15,748 bases of DNA from Candidatus Asgardarchaeum abyssi (GTDB lineage: Archaea; Asgardarchaeota; Asgardarchaeia; Asgardarchaeales; Asgardarchaeaceae): the NCBI GenBank assembly GCA_040225955.1, contig JBECUL010000019.1, positions 1 to 15,748 of the forward strand. The letters are read 5' to 3'. The position numbers and the translations under genes were made by a program. Below the pieces are notes generated by a model. It did no database searches. It was not told the DNA's origin and saw only the letters and a list, made by a program, of their open reading frames with translations. Every line of letters begins with the position of its first letter. Position 1 is the stretch's first letter. Below are positions 1-8,225 of the stretch, one piece after another.

Positions 1-643
1 TGTCCCCAAATCCTTTTTTTTTTTTTTTTTCGTTATATAGAAGTAAAATTTTGGCTGTAAGTTTTAGGGATATCACACAGTTATTTATTATTTTGAATGC
101 AGAGTACTTGTCGTAAGGATTTGCCGACTTTAGCATAAGCTCGGTCTTTTCCAATAACTTTTTATTTTTCTCAATCAAGGAGTTTATTCTTTCTGCTTGA
201 GTTTTTACTTCATGGACAATCCTATTCAGCCTAGGAGAAATACCAATTATTGGAATTAATCCATGCTTAGAAGCTAAGGAATTATAAAGCTTATAATTAA
301 AAGGAGCAACATAAACATTCTCTATTATTTTTGTGAAACCAGAATTCGTGAGAAAGCTAAGAAGATTTTTTGATTTTCGCTTTAGGATTGCTATAATCCA
401 CTTTTTCTTCCTCAGCTCCCTATTGAGATAAAATTGCATACCGCAGTCAGTAATGGTAACCTCTGACCTCCTCATGTTAATTCTTACCAAACCTTGCATC
501 TCTAATAACTGTAGAGCTTGAAGAAGTTTCTCTCTTGTTAATTTAACATGAAGGAGTATTTCATTTATCGGAATTTTATCGTCTTGCAGTGTTCTTGATA
601 TTCTTACAAGCTTCATTAGCAAATCAACGTTTTGAATAGACAT
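1..643 (-). CDS. wHTH + Cas2-like (PaaX-like architecture) protein, 3'-partial (>=214 aa, runs off window)
   Basis: Manual translation from ATG 643 (overlaps the upstream CARF stop at 624-626) is open to base 1: MSIQNVDLLMKLVRISRTLQDDKIPINEILLHVKLTREKLLQALQLLEMQGLVRINMRRSEVTITDCGMQFYLNRELRKKKWIIAILKRKSKNLLSFLTNSGFTKIIENVYVAPFNYK... The N-terminus has a winged-helix pattern (L..L...GLV....V.IT..G). It is followed by W-hydrophobic strand...L...GF..I..NVYVAP, as in Cas2-like/PaaX central domains, then a helical tail. The ORF track lacks it, presumably because there is no stop in the window. Confidence 0.7.
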   Translation of the reverse strand, partial: MSIQNVDLLMKLVRISRTLQDDKIPINEILLHVKLTREKLLQALQLLEMQGLVRINMRRSEVTITDCGMQFYLNRELRKKKWIIAILKRKSKNLLSFLTNSGFTKIIENVYVAPFNYKLYNSLASKHGLIPIIGISPRLNRIVHEVKTQAERINSLIEKNKKLLEKTELMLKSANPYDKYSAFKIINNCVISLKLTAKILLLYNEKKKKKGFGD

Positions 644-1271
644 CCTTATCGCATCCGAGTTCGATTACAAATTTACCTCCAGCTAATTCATCACCCACGA
701 TCTGATACAGAATTTGGTGCCTACATGGTATTTCTGAATATAATTTTTCACCATACGCTTTTTCATCAATAAGGTATAAGTAGTATATTCTATCAACATT
801 TCTTAGAAGAGCAACTGATAGCGACGCAACAGTCATTATTTTCCTTCCAGGGGTTATATCAACCGCTATACTAACATCTTTAGCCGTAATATACCTATCG
901 ATTGCCCCTTTAATTCTCATTTGAAGCTCGCTGAATGTCGGTCTCTCAGACACTCTAATTATCCCAAGATAATTATTTTGGTCAAGATGATCATTGTAAT
1001 ATTCTAGGAGGCACCTTAACACTTCTTTATACTTCTCAAATACTTTCTCAGCAGAAGGCGTAGCTATTAAGATAACTTTATCAGGAATAAATGAATCACG
1101 CTTTATAGCAGCCCAGATACAGTTTATTGTAGCTATTGGAGTGTGCCCTAAAAACGAAATCCACACCCTATAATTAACTTCATTTTTTCTTTTCAACAAC
1201 TTTCCATACCATTCTGACCTATTTTCTTCATTTGGCGTTTTTCTAAAATTAAGAATAGGGTTGTTGGACAT
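624..1271 (-). CDS. stand-alone CARF-domain protein (Crn1-like ring nuclease or cOA-sensor subunit)
   Basis: Motif I VWISFLGHTP and motif II VDITPGRKIM followed by IYYLYL, with no effector domain. Start moved to ATG 1271 (GGAGG SD upstream, directly after the cas1 stop) rather than 1310. Confidence 0.8.
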   Translation of the reverse strand: MSNNPILNFRKTPNEENRSEWYGKLLKRKNEVNYRVWISFLGHTPIATINCIWAAIKRDSFIPDKVILIATPSAEKVFEKYKEVLRCLLEYYNDHLDQNNYLGIIRVSERPTFSELQMRIKGAIDRYITAKDVSIAVDITPGRKIMTVASLSVALLRNVDRIYYLYLIDEKAYGEKLYSEIPCRHQILYQIVGDELAGGKFVIELGCDKDVYSKR

Positions 1272-1272
1272 T

Positions 1273-2259
1273 TTAAACCCTCCAAATAAACGGTTCAACT
1301 TTTGAATCATGAAGTAAACACTTTATGATTTTCTGAATCTCATTAAGAATGTGGGTTCTATACTTTCCAAATGCTAACTTAATGGCTGTTAATACACTAT
1401 TTTTTCCTCTTTCGTTAAGGTGTATTGCTGTTCCGACTTTGCGGAAATGATATTTTGGGTTTAAAGCCCCATCTAAAATCATTGAGAAAACTACAGAATC
1501 CACAACTGGTTGCCTGAATTCCTCAAGCATGTCTAATGATAAACTATCTCTACCTCGCCCAAATTCATGCAAGAACCCTATTTTTGTATCAAACCCGAAA
1601 TCAAGTAGCATTTCTTTTAATTTATGACCGACAAAGACATATCCATAACTAAGAGCAGCATTTACAGGATCCGTAGGTGGACGTTTTACTCTTCCACGAA
1701 AATCAAATTCGCTAGGAATGATTTCAGAAATCGATTGGAAGTATATATGAGCCCCATTTCCCTCAATACCCATCAAAGATTCGATATTTTCTTCAATTGA
1801 CATGGAATCGGAAAATTCGGTTTGGCTTAACCTAAGAATGATTCTTTCTAATTCCTTTACGGCACTACCAAAGTTAAACCTTGTTATTTTCTCCAGAAAA
1901 AGAAGCATAGATCTCTTATTCATTAAAGCAGAATATACAAACCGTTTTGCTAAATAAAATCTTATTTTTGGTGTAATATAGCTACGTATTTGCATATACC
2001 TTAGTAGCATGGTATTGTAACTTGAAATTCGAATTGCTAATCTCTTAGGGTTTTTCTTAAATATTAGTGATGCACCCGAAAATTGTGAAATCGTGCTTAA
2101 TACCTTTGTACTTATATGCCCAACTCCAAATATCTTAATGACAAAAATATTGTCACTATCTAACGGGATATCATCCTTGCGATCTTTCGTTTTAAAAATA
2201 ATTCTATCCCTCTTTCGATAGAGCAAGAAGCCCCAACCATACTTTTCAATATAACTCAT
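1273..2259 (-). CDS. cas1: CRISPR-associated endonuclease Cas1
   Basis: LMGIEG, FRGRVKRPPTDPVNAALSYGY, IGFLHE and SLSLDMLEEFRQPVVD motifs; catalytic E/H/acidic residues present. Confidence 0.97.
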   Translation of the reverse strand: MSYIEKYGWGFLLYRKRDRIIFKTKDRKDDIPLDSDNIFVIKIFGVGHISTKVLSTISQFSGASLIFKKNPKRLAIRISSYNTMLLRYMQIRSYITPKIRFYLAKRFVYSALMNKRSMLLFLEKITRFNFGSAVKELERIILRLSQTEFSDSMSIEENIESLMGIEGNGAHIYFQSISEIIPSEFDFRGRVKRPPTDPVNAALSYGYVFVGHKLKEMLLDFGFDTKIGFLHEFGRGRDSLSLDMLEEFRQPVVDSVVFSMILDGALNPKYHFRKVGTAIHLNERGKNSVLTAIKLAFGKYRTHILNEIQKIIKCLLHDSKVEPFIWRV

Positions 2260-3283
2260 TAAGCTCTCCTCTTAGCTCACGTAATTTTCTAAGCAGTCTA
2301 AATTCTCTCTCTAAATTATATAAAGTGTCTGATAAGCCCGGAGACATTTGTTGACTTATGTCAAGCTGCACTAAGACCCATGGGTCCTCGCTAACATATG
2401 ATTTCTTATAAATCCTAAATTTTAGTTTGAAAGGAGCCTCAATAGATGATACCTTTAGCTCTAAAAAGTTGGTTGCAAAGATATAGACGACTTGCGGAAG
2501 TACATAAATAGGCCTTTTAATAAAAGGAAGAATCTCCAATTCTTGATCTAAGTATATAGATTCAACACCTAGTGATCTAAACCATGAAACAAAGCGTGCA
2601 TCAGCCCCTATAAAAAAGAAAGAATAATTTTTCTCTCTTGTAGATTCTAAGAAACTATAATAATCTTCCATTATAGCCTTGTCTCCTAATTTTTTTGTAT
2701 ATAATCCCCCTGTGTGTGATTTCAATGTGTATTTTATTAGTTTATTTGAATAATGAAAACTAAACTCTCTAATACCAACTATAGCCCTCAAACATTTTGG
2801 ACTTTTTATCATCTCTTGCTTATTAACGCCAGATATAATATGCATTAGTTCATCTAAAATCAGCGGGCTTACATAAAGGGATATATTCTTTAATCCTTCT
2901 TTCTTTTTAGATAGAGGATAAAAGATATTTGAGACTACTCTGAGAATAAAATCATTTGTGTCAAATAAAAATATAACTGGTTGCCAGCTTGATGCTCTAT
3001 TTATCAATTCGCCAATTTTCTCCGAATTCCTAAGTTCTAAAATGCCTGCTTGTATTAGCGAAGTTCTTACATCATCCAAATCAACTCTATTAGTTTCAAT
3101 GTCTTGACTTAACTCATGCAAATCAAACATTACATAGGGCTTGTCCTCTGCAAGCTCTGCATAAAATGTATAAATGTTCTGATTTCTCGTTCTAAATTCA
3201 AATCGAAGTGTATTATCTAACTTAAAAAATACATTTAGAAAATGAAATATTTCTGGAAGATATATATCAATCGTCCTCATCAT
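2246..3283 (-). CDS. PIN-domain nuclease (CRISPR-associated, extended N- and C-termini)
   Basis: PIN acidic motifs FLFDTN, VSPLILDEL, LGDKAI and FIGADARF. Tightly coupled to cas6 (adjacent) and cas1 (14-nt overlap). Confidence 0.8.
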   Translation of the reverse strand: MMRTIDIYLPEIFHFLNVFFKLDNTLRFEFRTRNQNIYTFYAELAEDKPYVMFDLHELSQDIETNRVDLDDVRTSLIQAGILELRNSEKIGELINRASSWQPVIFLFDTNDFILRVVSNIFYPLSKKKEGLKNISLYVSPLILDELMHIISGVNKQEMIKSPKCLRAIVGIREFSFHYSNKLIKYTLKSHTGGLYTKKLGDKAIMEDYYSFLESTREKNYSFFFIGADARFVSWFRSLGVESIYLDQELEILPFIKRPIYVLPQVVYIFATNFLELKVSSIEAPFKLKFRIYKKSYVSEDPWVLVQLDISQQMSPGLSDTLYNLEREFRLLRKLRELRGELNELY

Positions 3284-4336
3284 TTAGCTGTACACCTCAA
3301 AATAATACATACCAGCACCCATTGTCGCTAATTTGCCAATATGTAGAAACTTACCCATCAATAAAGACTCAAAAAGAGTTTTACCTGTAAGATCACGATA
3401 AATATCCCTCCCTATCTTATAGAAAACGGTTCCTCTAATGAAGTCATGTATCTTCACAAATTTTGCTTTCTTCATGCTAAAACGGGATATTGTCATTCTC
3501 TTAATATTGGAGATTTCGATTCTTGTGTTTTCTTCAACCCTCTTGATCACATTCACAATATTAACATCAAAGAAGCTACTATTCCAGAAGTATTCCGAGA
3601 GAAATAGTATCTTTCTTGTAATGTTCTTAAGGATCGAACTAAGTGAAGGTGGTATTTCAGGAGCTCCTCCAGCAATAACCATGGTTGGAGTTAAAAATTC
3701 CATTTTCAGTAACCTAGGCTCAGTAGATACAATATCCTCCGCAACATCAGATATGAGCCCTCTTGTTATATCTGTTGGCCTACCATCAATTGGTGATTTA
3801 TAAATCCCCTCCCCAAAAACTATGTCAGTTTCCTTAGTAAATGGATTTACCGACAAAATTCTAAGAACAGAGAATTTCCTTCTCTCCTTAGTTCTTGGAC
3901 ATCTCCCCAATCCTAATTCTCCCATCCTTCTTATCACATTGACTATCATCGCCTCTTGACTAAAAGTATATCCTCCAAATAAGTTCAGCTCAAAGTTAAA
4001 TGATAGACCTTCTCTCACAATAATATTTGTTAAAGTATAAGGCTTTGTGATTCCAACTAACTTATATCCAACCTTACTCATAGCTCCAAAAAAAGATCTA
4101 GATGATGTCTCAAATATTATCTTATAGGGGCACCTTGCTGTATATGGGCACCCACGGCAACTTTTCTTCCTAGTAATTTTCTTCCTAGTAATACACACTT
4201 CTTTTCTTAATGAATAACCAAAAACTCCTCTTATAGCAGTACCAAGCCACCCCGGAACATAATAATCATTATCAAAGACACAATCAATCCTCAGTACCCT
4301 AATCAGCGGGTGATCATCTCTCAACAATATCACCAT
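3284..4336 (-). CDS. cas6: CRISPR pre-crRNA processing endoribonuclease Cas6 (Cys-knuckle type)
   Basis: C-terminal Gly-rich loop HIGKLATMGAGMY; N-terminal LGTAIRGVFG plus C..CRGC....CPY; GLG and FLTP motifs. The start may be a few codons downstream because GGTGA overlaps the ATG. Confidence 0.92.
   Translation of the reverse strand: MVILLRDDHPLIRVLRIDCVFDNDYYVPGWLGTAIRGVFGYSLRKEVCITRKKITRKKSCRGCPYTARCPYKIIFETSSRSFFGAMSKVGYKLVGITKPYTLTNIIVREGLSFNFELNLFGGYTFSQEAMIVNVIRRMGELGLGRCPRTKERRKFSVLRILSVNPFTKETDIVFGEGIYKSPIDGRPTDITRGLISDVAEDIVSTEPRLLKMEFLTPTMVIAGGAPEIPPSLSSILKNITRKILFLSEYFWNSSFFDVNIVNVIKRVEENTRIEISNIKRMTISRFSMKKAKFVKIHDFIRGTVFYKIGRDIYRDLTGKTLFESLLMGKFLHIGKLATMGAGMYYFEVYS
4163..4192. 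repeat. perfect 15-bp tandem duplication inside cas6 (ITRKK x2)
   Basis: TTTCTTCCTAGTAAT at 4163-4177 and 4178-4192. Confidence 0.95.
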
Positions 4337-4767
4337 TATATAGAACGAAATTAAACATATTTATTAATTGTTGAGTACCTTCTAAACCTATAAAGATGAC
4401 TTTATAGTAAAGGTAATAATCATCGATAAGTAACAAATTTTGATATTTACGTTGCAGAATGAAAAACTGTTACTGGAGTGATTATATAATTTTATTATAA
4501 GGATTGAAGTATATAATTCATTCACTTCATAAATCACTTCTTGCAACCTTCTACAGCAAATTTCGAATATCTCATCTCTATATATTCTTAAACTCCTCTC
4601 TATAGAAACCTTACTCATGCAATAATTCTCTCTCTGGGCTGAAATACAATTTGACTTCTACAAACTATATAACTTTTGTTATTTTACGTTAGTTTTAAAT
4701 ATACTTCCTTTCTAACTTCTCATTTAAAATTTAATTAAAATTATTATGTCGCTTGGGGGTTTAAAGG

Positions 4768-5499
4768 ATGATTCGACCTGAAATTCCTGGGAGTATGCCT
4801 GTTAGTGAAGTTGAACTATTAGTTTTTGTAATGGATGGATCTGGAAGTATGAGCGAAACGTGCACTCCAGATGGCAGAAGTAAAGCAGAACATTTATATG
4901 ATATAGTACATGGTGTTTTGAATAGACTAATGAACAGTTCGAAAAAAGATGTTTTTAGAATCAGTTTTGTTTACTTCTCTGATACAATTAAGGTGGAGGA
5001 GATAAATAATTCATGTTACTTCCCTATTGATATTGCAATAAGCAATTTAAGGAACCCATTAGATGTTGTTGGAGGTGGATCTACAGCTATAGCTGACGCT
5101 CTTGCTAAGGTCAATGAAATCTTTGACAAGTTTTCAGAGGACGAGGGAATCCCTGAGGATAAAAAAGCAACTGTTTTTCTTTTTACAGATGGGCAAGAGA
5201 ATGTTAGAGGCAAGGATGATGTAATTCAAGAGGCAAAAAAGCTTTTGACGTACCCTCTATCACCAGTTATTGCAACAATATCCTTTGGTTCGGATGCGGA
5301 TGAGAGTTTGCTAATGGAAATTGCAAGTAAGCCTAACGATAGACAGATAAGGCATTTAGATATATCTGGTGTACTTTCAGAGCTGCCAGATACTAATAAG
5401 TTATATCTCCAAGGCCATGCAAGTGATGGAACAATAACGAGAAGAAAAATTGAAGCTATTAGAAATTTTGTAGAGACACTATCAGTTACGAGGACCTAA
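4768..5499 (+). CDS. TerY-like von Willebrand factor A (vWA) domain protein, copy 1
   Basis: Intact MIDAS: DGSGS, GGSTAI, FTDG. Operonic with kinase, PP2C and TerY-C. Confidence 0.9.
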   Translation: MIRPEIPGSMPVSEVELLVFVMDGSGSMSETCTPDGRSKAEHLYDIVHGVLNRLMNSSKKDVFRISFVYFSDTIKVEEINNSCYFPIDIAISNLRNPLDVVGGGSTAIADALAKVNEIFDKFSEDEGIPEDKKATVFLFTDGQENVRGKDDVIQEAKKLLTYPLSPVIATISFGSDADESLLMEIASKPNDRQIRHLDISGVLSELPDTNKLYLQGHASDGTITRRKIEAIRNFVETLSVTRT

Positions 5500-5500
5500 A

Positions 5501-6484
5501 ATGGCGGTTATTAGATTTTACAATAAAAGATTTTACAGCAATCCAATTCAAGTCAATGTAGAGAATGATTTAAAAAATGAAAACTATGGAGGACAAGCTA
5601 GGATTTATTCTTGGAAATTTAGAAACAAGAAATTTATAGTAAAAGCTATACCTGATGATTCTGAAATTTTTAGAAGAATGAGAGATATCTATTATGCTCT
5701 TAGCGATAGAAAGAGGCGTAAAATACCACATTCAATATTTTTGAGAGGTATCCCAGTTGCCCAAGGACTTGGTACTCCAGAAGAATTCAAATTTCGTACA
5801 GCAAAGAGTGTATATCTACTAGTTTTTAGGTATACCTACGGAGAGATACTTAGTGAATACTTTAAGAAAAGGAAGGAGCCTCCCCTATCAGACGTGAGAA
5901 AAAATATTGCCAAGAAACTCTTGGATATACTCATATATATGCAAGACCGCAATGTCATCCACGGAGATCTTTATCCGGATAACTTTTTAGTTGATAGAAA
6001 TGGACAAGTATTTATAATGGATTTCGAAGGCGCTGGCGTTATGAATAGTAACAGAAGATTTTGGATTTGGAAACCCACAGTACTGGGAAAAGATTATATT
6101 TTCCCAAATCCTCCAGAGGTAAAAAGAACTGGGGTTCCTTCATTCTTTTCCGATAGATGGATTGGCGTATTTTTAATATTTTGGACCTTGGTTGGTATTC
6201 ATCCTCTGCCCTTTCTAATAAGAATCGATAATAAAGCCTTAGAAGATCTATATAATAACACCGATAAGAATAAACATCAATGGCCACCAGTTATAAAATC
6301 TACTTGTAAATATATTCAGAAGGAATATCCAATTGAAAAATTTAGGACTTTTATGGAACATTATTTTGGAGATACAAACTTTGGGCGAATTTTATTTTTA
6401 ACCTATATTATTGGGTTCAAAGAACCCAGTAAGAGACCATCTTTTAGAGAAGTTAAAGTTAGTTTGAAAGGGGTGATTGAATAA
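5501..6484 (+). CDS. Hanks-type Ser/Thr protein kinase (TerY-P type)
   Basis: G-loop YGGQARIY, IVK lysine, catalytic HGDLYPDN, DFE, PPE, SDRW, GIHP and KRPS. Confidence 0.92.
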   Translation: MAVIRFYNKRFYSNPIQVNVENDLKNENYGGQARIYSWKFRNKKFIVKAIPDDSEIFRRMRDIYYALSDRKRRKIPHSIFLRGIPVAQGLGTPEEFKFRTAKSVYLLVFRYTYGEILSEYFKKRKEPPLSDVRKNIAKKLLDILIYMQDRNVIHGDLYPDNFLVDRNGQVFIMDFEGAGVMNSNRRFWIWKPTVLGKDYIFPNPPEVKRTGVPSFFSDRWIGVFLIFWTLVGIHPLPFLIRIDNKALEDLYNNTDKNKHQWPPVIKSTCKYIQKEYPIEKFRTFMEHYFGDTNFGRILFLTYIIGFKEPSKRPSFREVKVSLKGVIE

Positions 6485-7824
6485 TGCCATATAGGAGAAT
6501 AAATAATATAGAAATAGCTTGGGATTTTGATTCAACGAAACATTTTGATGATCAGCTATATATTAAAGATATCGGAGATAAACTATTTGTATTTCTGGCC
6601 GATGGCGTTACTCAATCTCAATGTGGCAGAATTGCTGCTACGCTTTCAATAAAATACATAATTGATTCTCTAATAGAGTGCGAAAATGAAATTAGGAAAG
6701 CTTCTAGTGTTAATAATTTAGAAAAAATCTTATTAGAGAGTGTTAAATTTGCTGGAGATAAACTTAAAGAGGATAGAGAAATCCTCTATAACTACGTATT
6801 AATACAGAACCTTTCAGAAAGCTACAACATTCTAAGAACAGTATATAATAAGGTTCAAGAGACTATTATCAAATTCAGGGAGTCTATTTCAAAATTACAA
6901 GACAGTGTTGAAAATTTAAGGAAGTTCTGTAAGGATCTGGTTAATAGACCTTCTCTAGTATTAAACACAGATTTAAATACAAATTTTGATCAAATAGTGA
7001 ATATCATAAGACAGAATTATGACTATGTAACTGCATTTAGAGGACCCTTTAATAATTTAATTAATGAATTACAGAGAATCAAAGTTTCTGAAGAATATCA
7101 AAAAGAAAAAATACTTGCTGAAAAATGCATAATGAACGCTATAATGCTACTAAAAAATGGGTTTAACATGGATAAACTAGATGAAACTATATATAATTTC
7201 ATACTTCCACAGTTACAAGATCCATTTGAGAAAACAGGAATTCAAAAGGAAAATTACGAAAGAGGAAAAGCAAAACTCAATCAAATACTCAATACAATCA
7301 AATTCATGATAAATGATAAACGAGAAAATTATAGGAAGTTAGAAAAAATTATACAAGAACGTATTTTGAATTCAAAAGAGTTAATCTTTGAATCAACTCT
7401 TACAGTAATGGTTTTCTCATTAAATCAGCCTACTAAATTACTGAACTTAATTTTAGGGGATTCCCAGATTTATATTTATAATCCCACATCTGAACAGTGG
7501 ACAGTAGTATACGCTACTTCAAGTCGTGGTGGTTTAGCAAAATATATTTCAAGTGTGAAGGGCATTAGTGGCGAACCACATATATCATTAGTGACACTAA
7601 ATGAAAATGATATTTTAATAGCAAATACGGATGGTGCAAACATTCATTATACAACACCTGGAGGCCAACCAGGAGCTATCTTCCTAAAAAAATTAGAGAG
7701 GTTCATTAGAGAGAGGAAAACAATAAAAGGTTTTCCTGAAGAATGGATCAATTATTTGAGAGAGAAAGATGCACTTACGGACGATGCATCAATATTCCTC
7801 TTACATGTATTAGGAGGAATATGA
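6484..7824 (+). CDS. PP2C/PPM-family protein phosphatase with large helical insertion
   Basis: FDD, LADG, ESTL, LGDS, NTDG and TDDAS motifs. TAATG coupling to the kinase and a GGTGA SD. Confidence 0.88.
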   Translation: MPYRRINNIEIAWDFDSTKHFDDQLYIKDIGDKLFVFLADGVTQSQCGRIAATLSIKYIIDSLIECENEIRKASSVNNLEKILLESVKFAGDKLKEDREILYNYVLIQNLSESYNILRTVYNKVQETIIKFRESISKLQDSVENLRKFCKDLVNRPSLVLNTDLNTNFDQIVNIIRQNYDYVTAFRGPFNNLINELQRIKVSEEYQKEKILAEKCIMNAIMLLKNGFNMDKLDETIYNFILPQLQDPFEKTGIQKENYERGKAKLNQILNTIKFMINDKRENYRKLEKIIQERILNSKELIFESTLTVMVFSLNQPTKLLNLILGDSQIYIYNPTSEQWTVVYATSSRGGLAKYISSVKGISGEPHISLVTLNENDILIANTDGANIHYTTPGGQPGAIFLKKLERFIRERKTIKGFPEEWINYLREKDALTDDASIFLLHVLGGI

Positions 7825-7827
7825 CCT

Positions 7828-8223
7828 ATGATGGCTAATATGGATCTAAGAAAAGTTAGGAGATTCCCCGTTAGAGGAGTATGTAGCGTGACTGGGAAAA
7901 AGTTTTTAATCATTTTCAGAAAAGAATGTGAAGGAAATTACTTTTTAGAACGAGTAATTCCAACAAATGCAAATATTGATGATGACTCAAGTTTTTCTAT
8001 TGAGCTTAGGATAATCGGTACATTTCACGGCGTTCTTAAATGTCCTTACTGTGGTGTTTCTCTGAAGTATGATATAAATTGGGTAAAGTGTACTATGTGC
8101 GGTTATATCAATTGTGCTGGCGGAATCGAAAAATATCATGATGGATTATATCTTCTCTGTAAAAACTGTAACTATGGTGGCTATCTGAGAGATACAGTTA
8201 AAGATTTAGACATGGGTGACTAA
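7828..8223 (+). CDS. TerY-C-like Cys-rich metal-binding protein (stand-alone)
   Basis: Pattern GVCSVTGKKFLI...CPYCG...CTMCGYINC...CKNC matches my recollection of the TerY-C metal-binding domain; AGGAGG SD upstream. Confidence 0.75.
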   Translation: MMANMDLRKVRRFPVRGVCSVTGKKFLIIFRKECEGNYFLERVIPTNANIDDDSSFSIELRIIGTFHGVLKCPYCGVSLKYDINWVKCTMCGYINCAGGIEKYHDGLYLLCKNCNYGGYLRDTVKDLDMGD

Positions 8224-8225
8224 AA

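Noticed and set aside
3438-3803. + strand 121-aa ORF, and similar shadow ORFs at 5016-5213, 6039-6287, 8198-8401, 9343-9546, 10006-10221 and 10423-10788
   Set aside because: Antisense to well-supported genes, with no motifs.
4154-4168. ACGGCAACTTTTCTT equals the crRNA 5' handle plus the first 7 nt of spacer 15, complementary to cas6 mRNA
   Set aside because: Only 7 low-complexity spacer bases match and the match does not extend; found post hoc, so probably chance.
4388-4618. 76-aa minus-strand ORF upstream of cas6
   Set aside because: No recognisable motif or clear SD and not Cas2-like. The 5' half looks coding-like and may be a remnant, but I cannot support a call.
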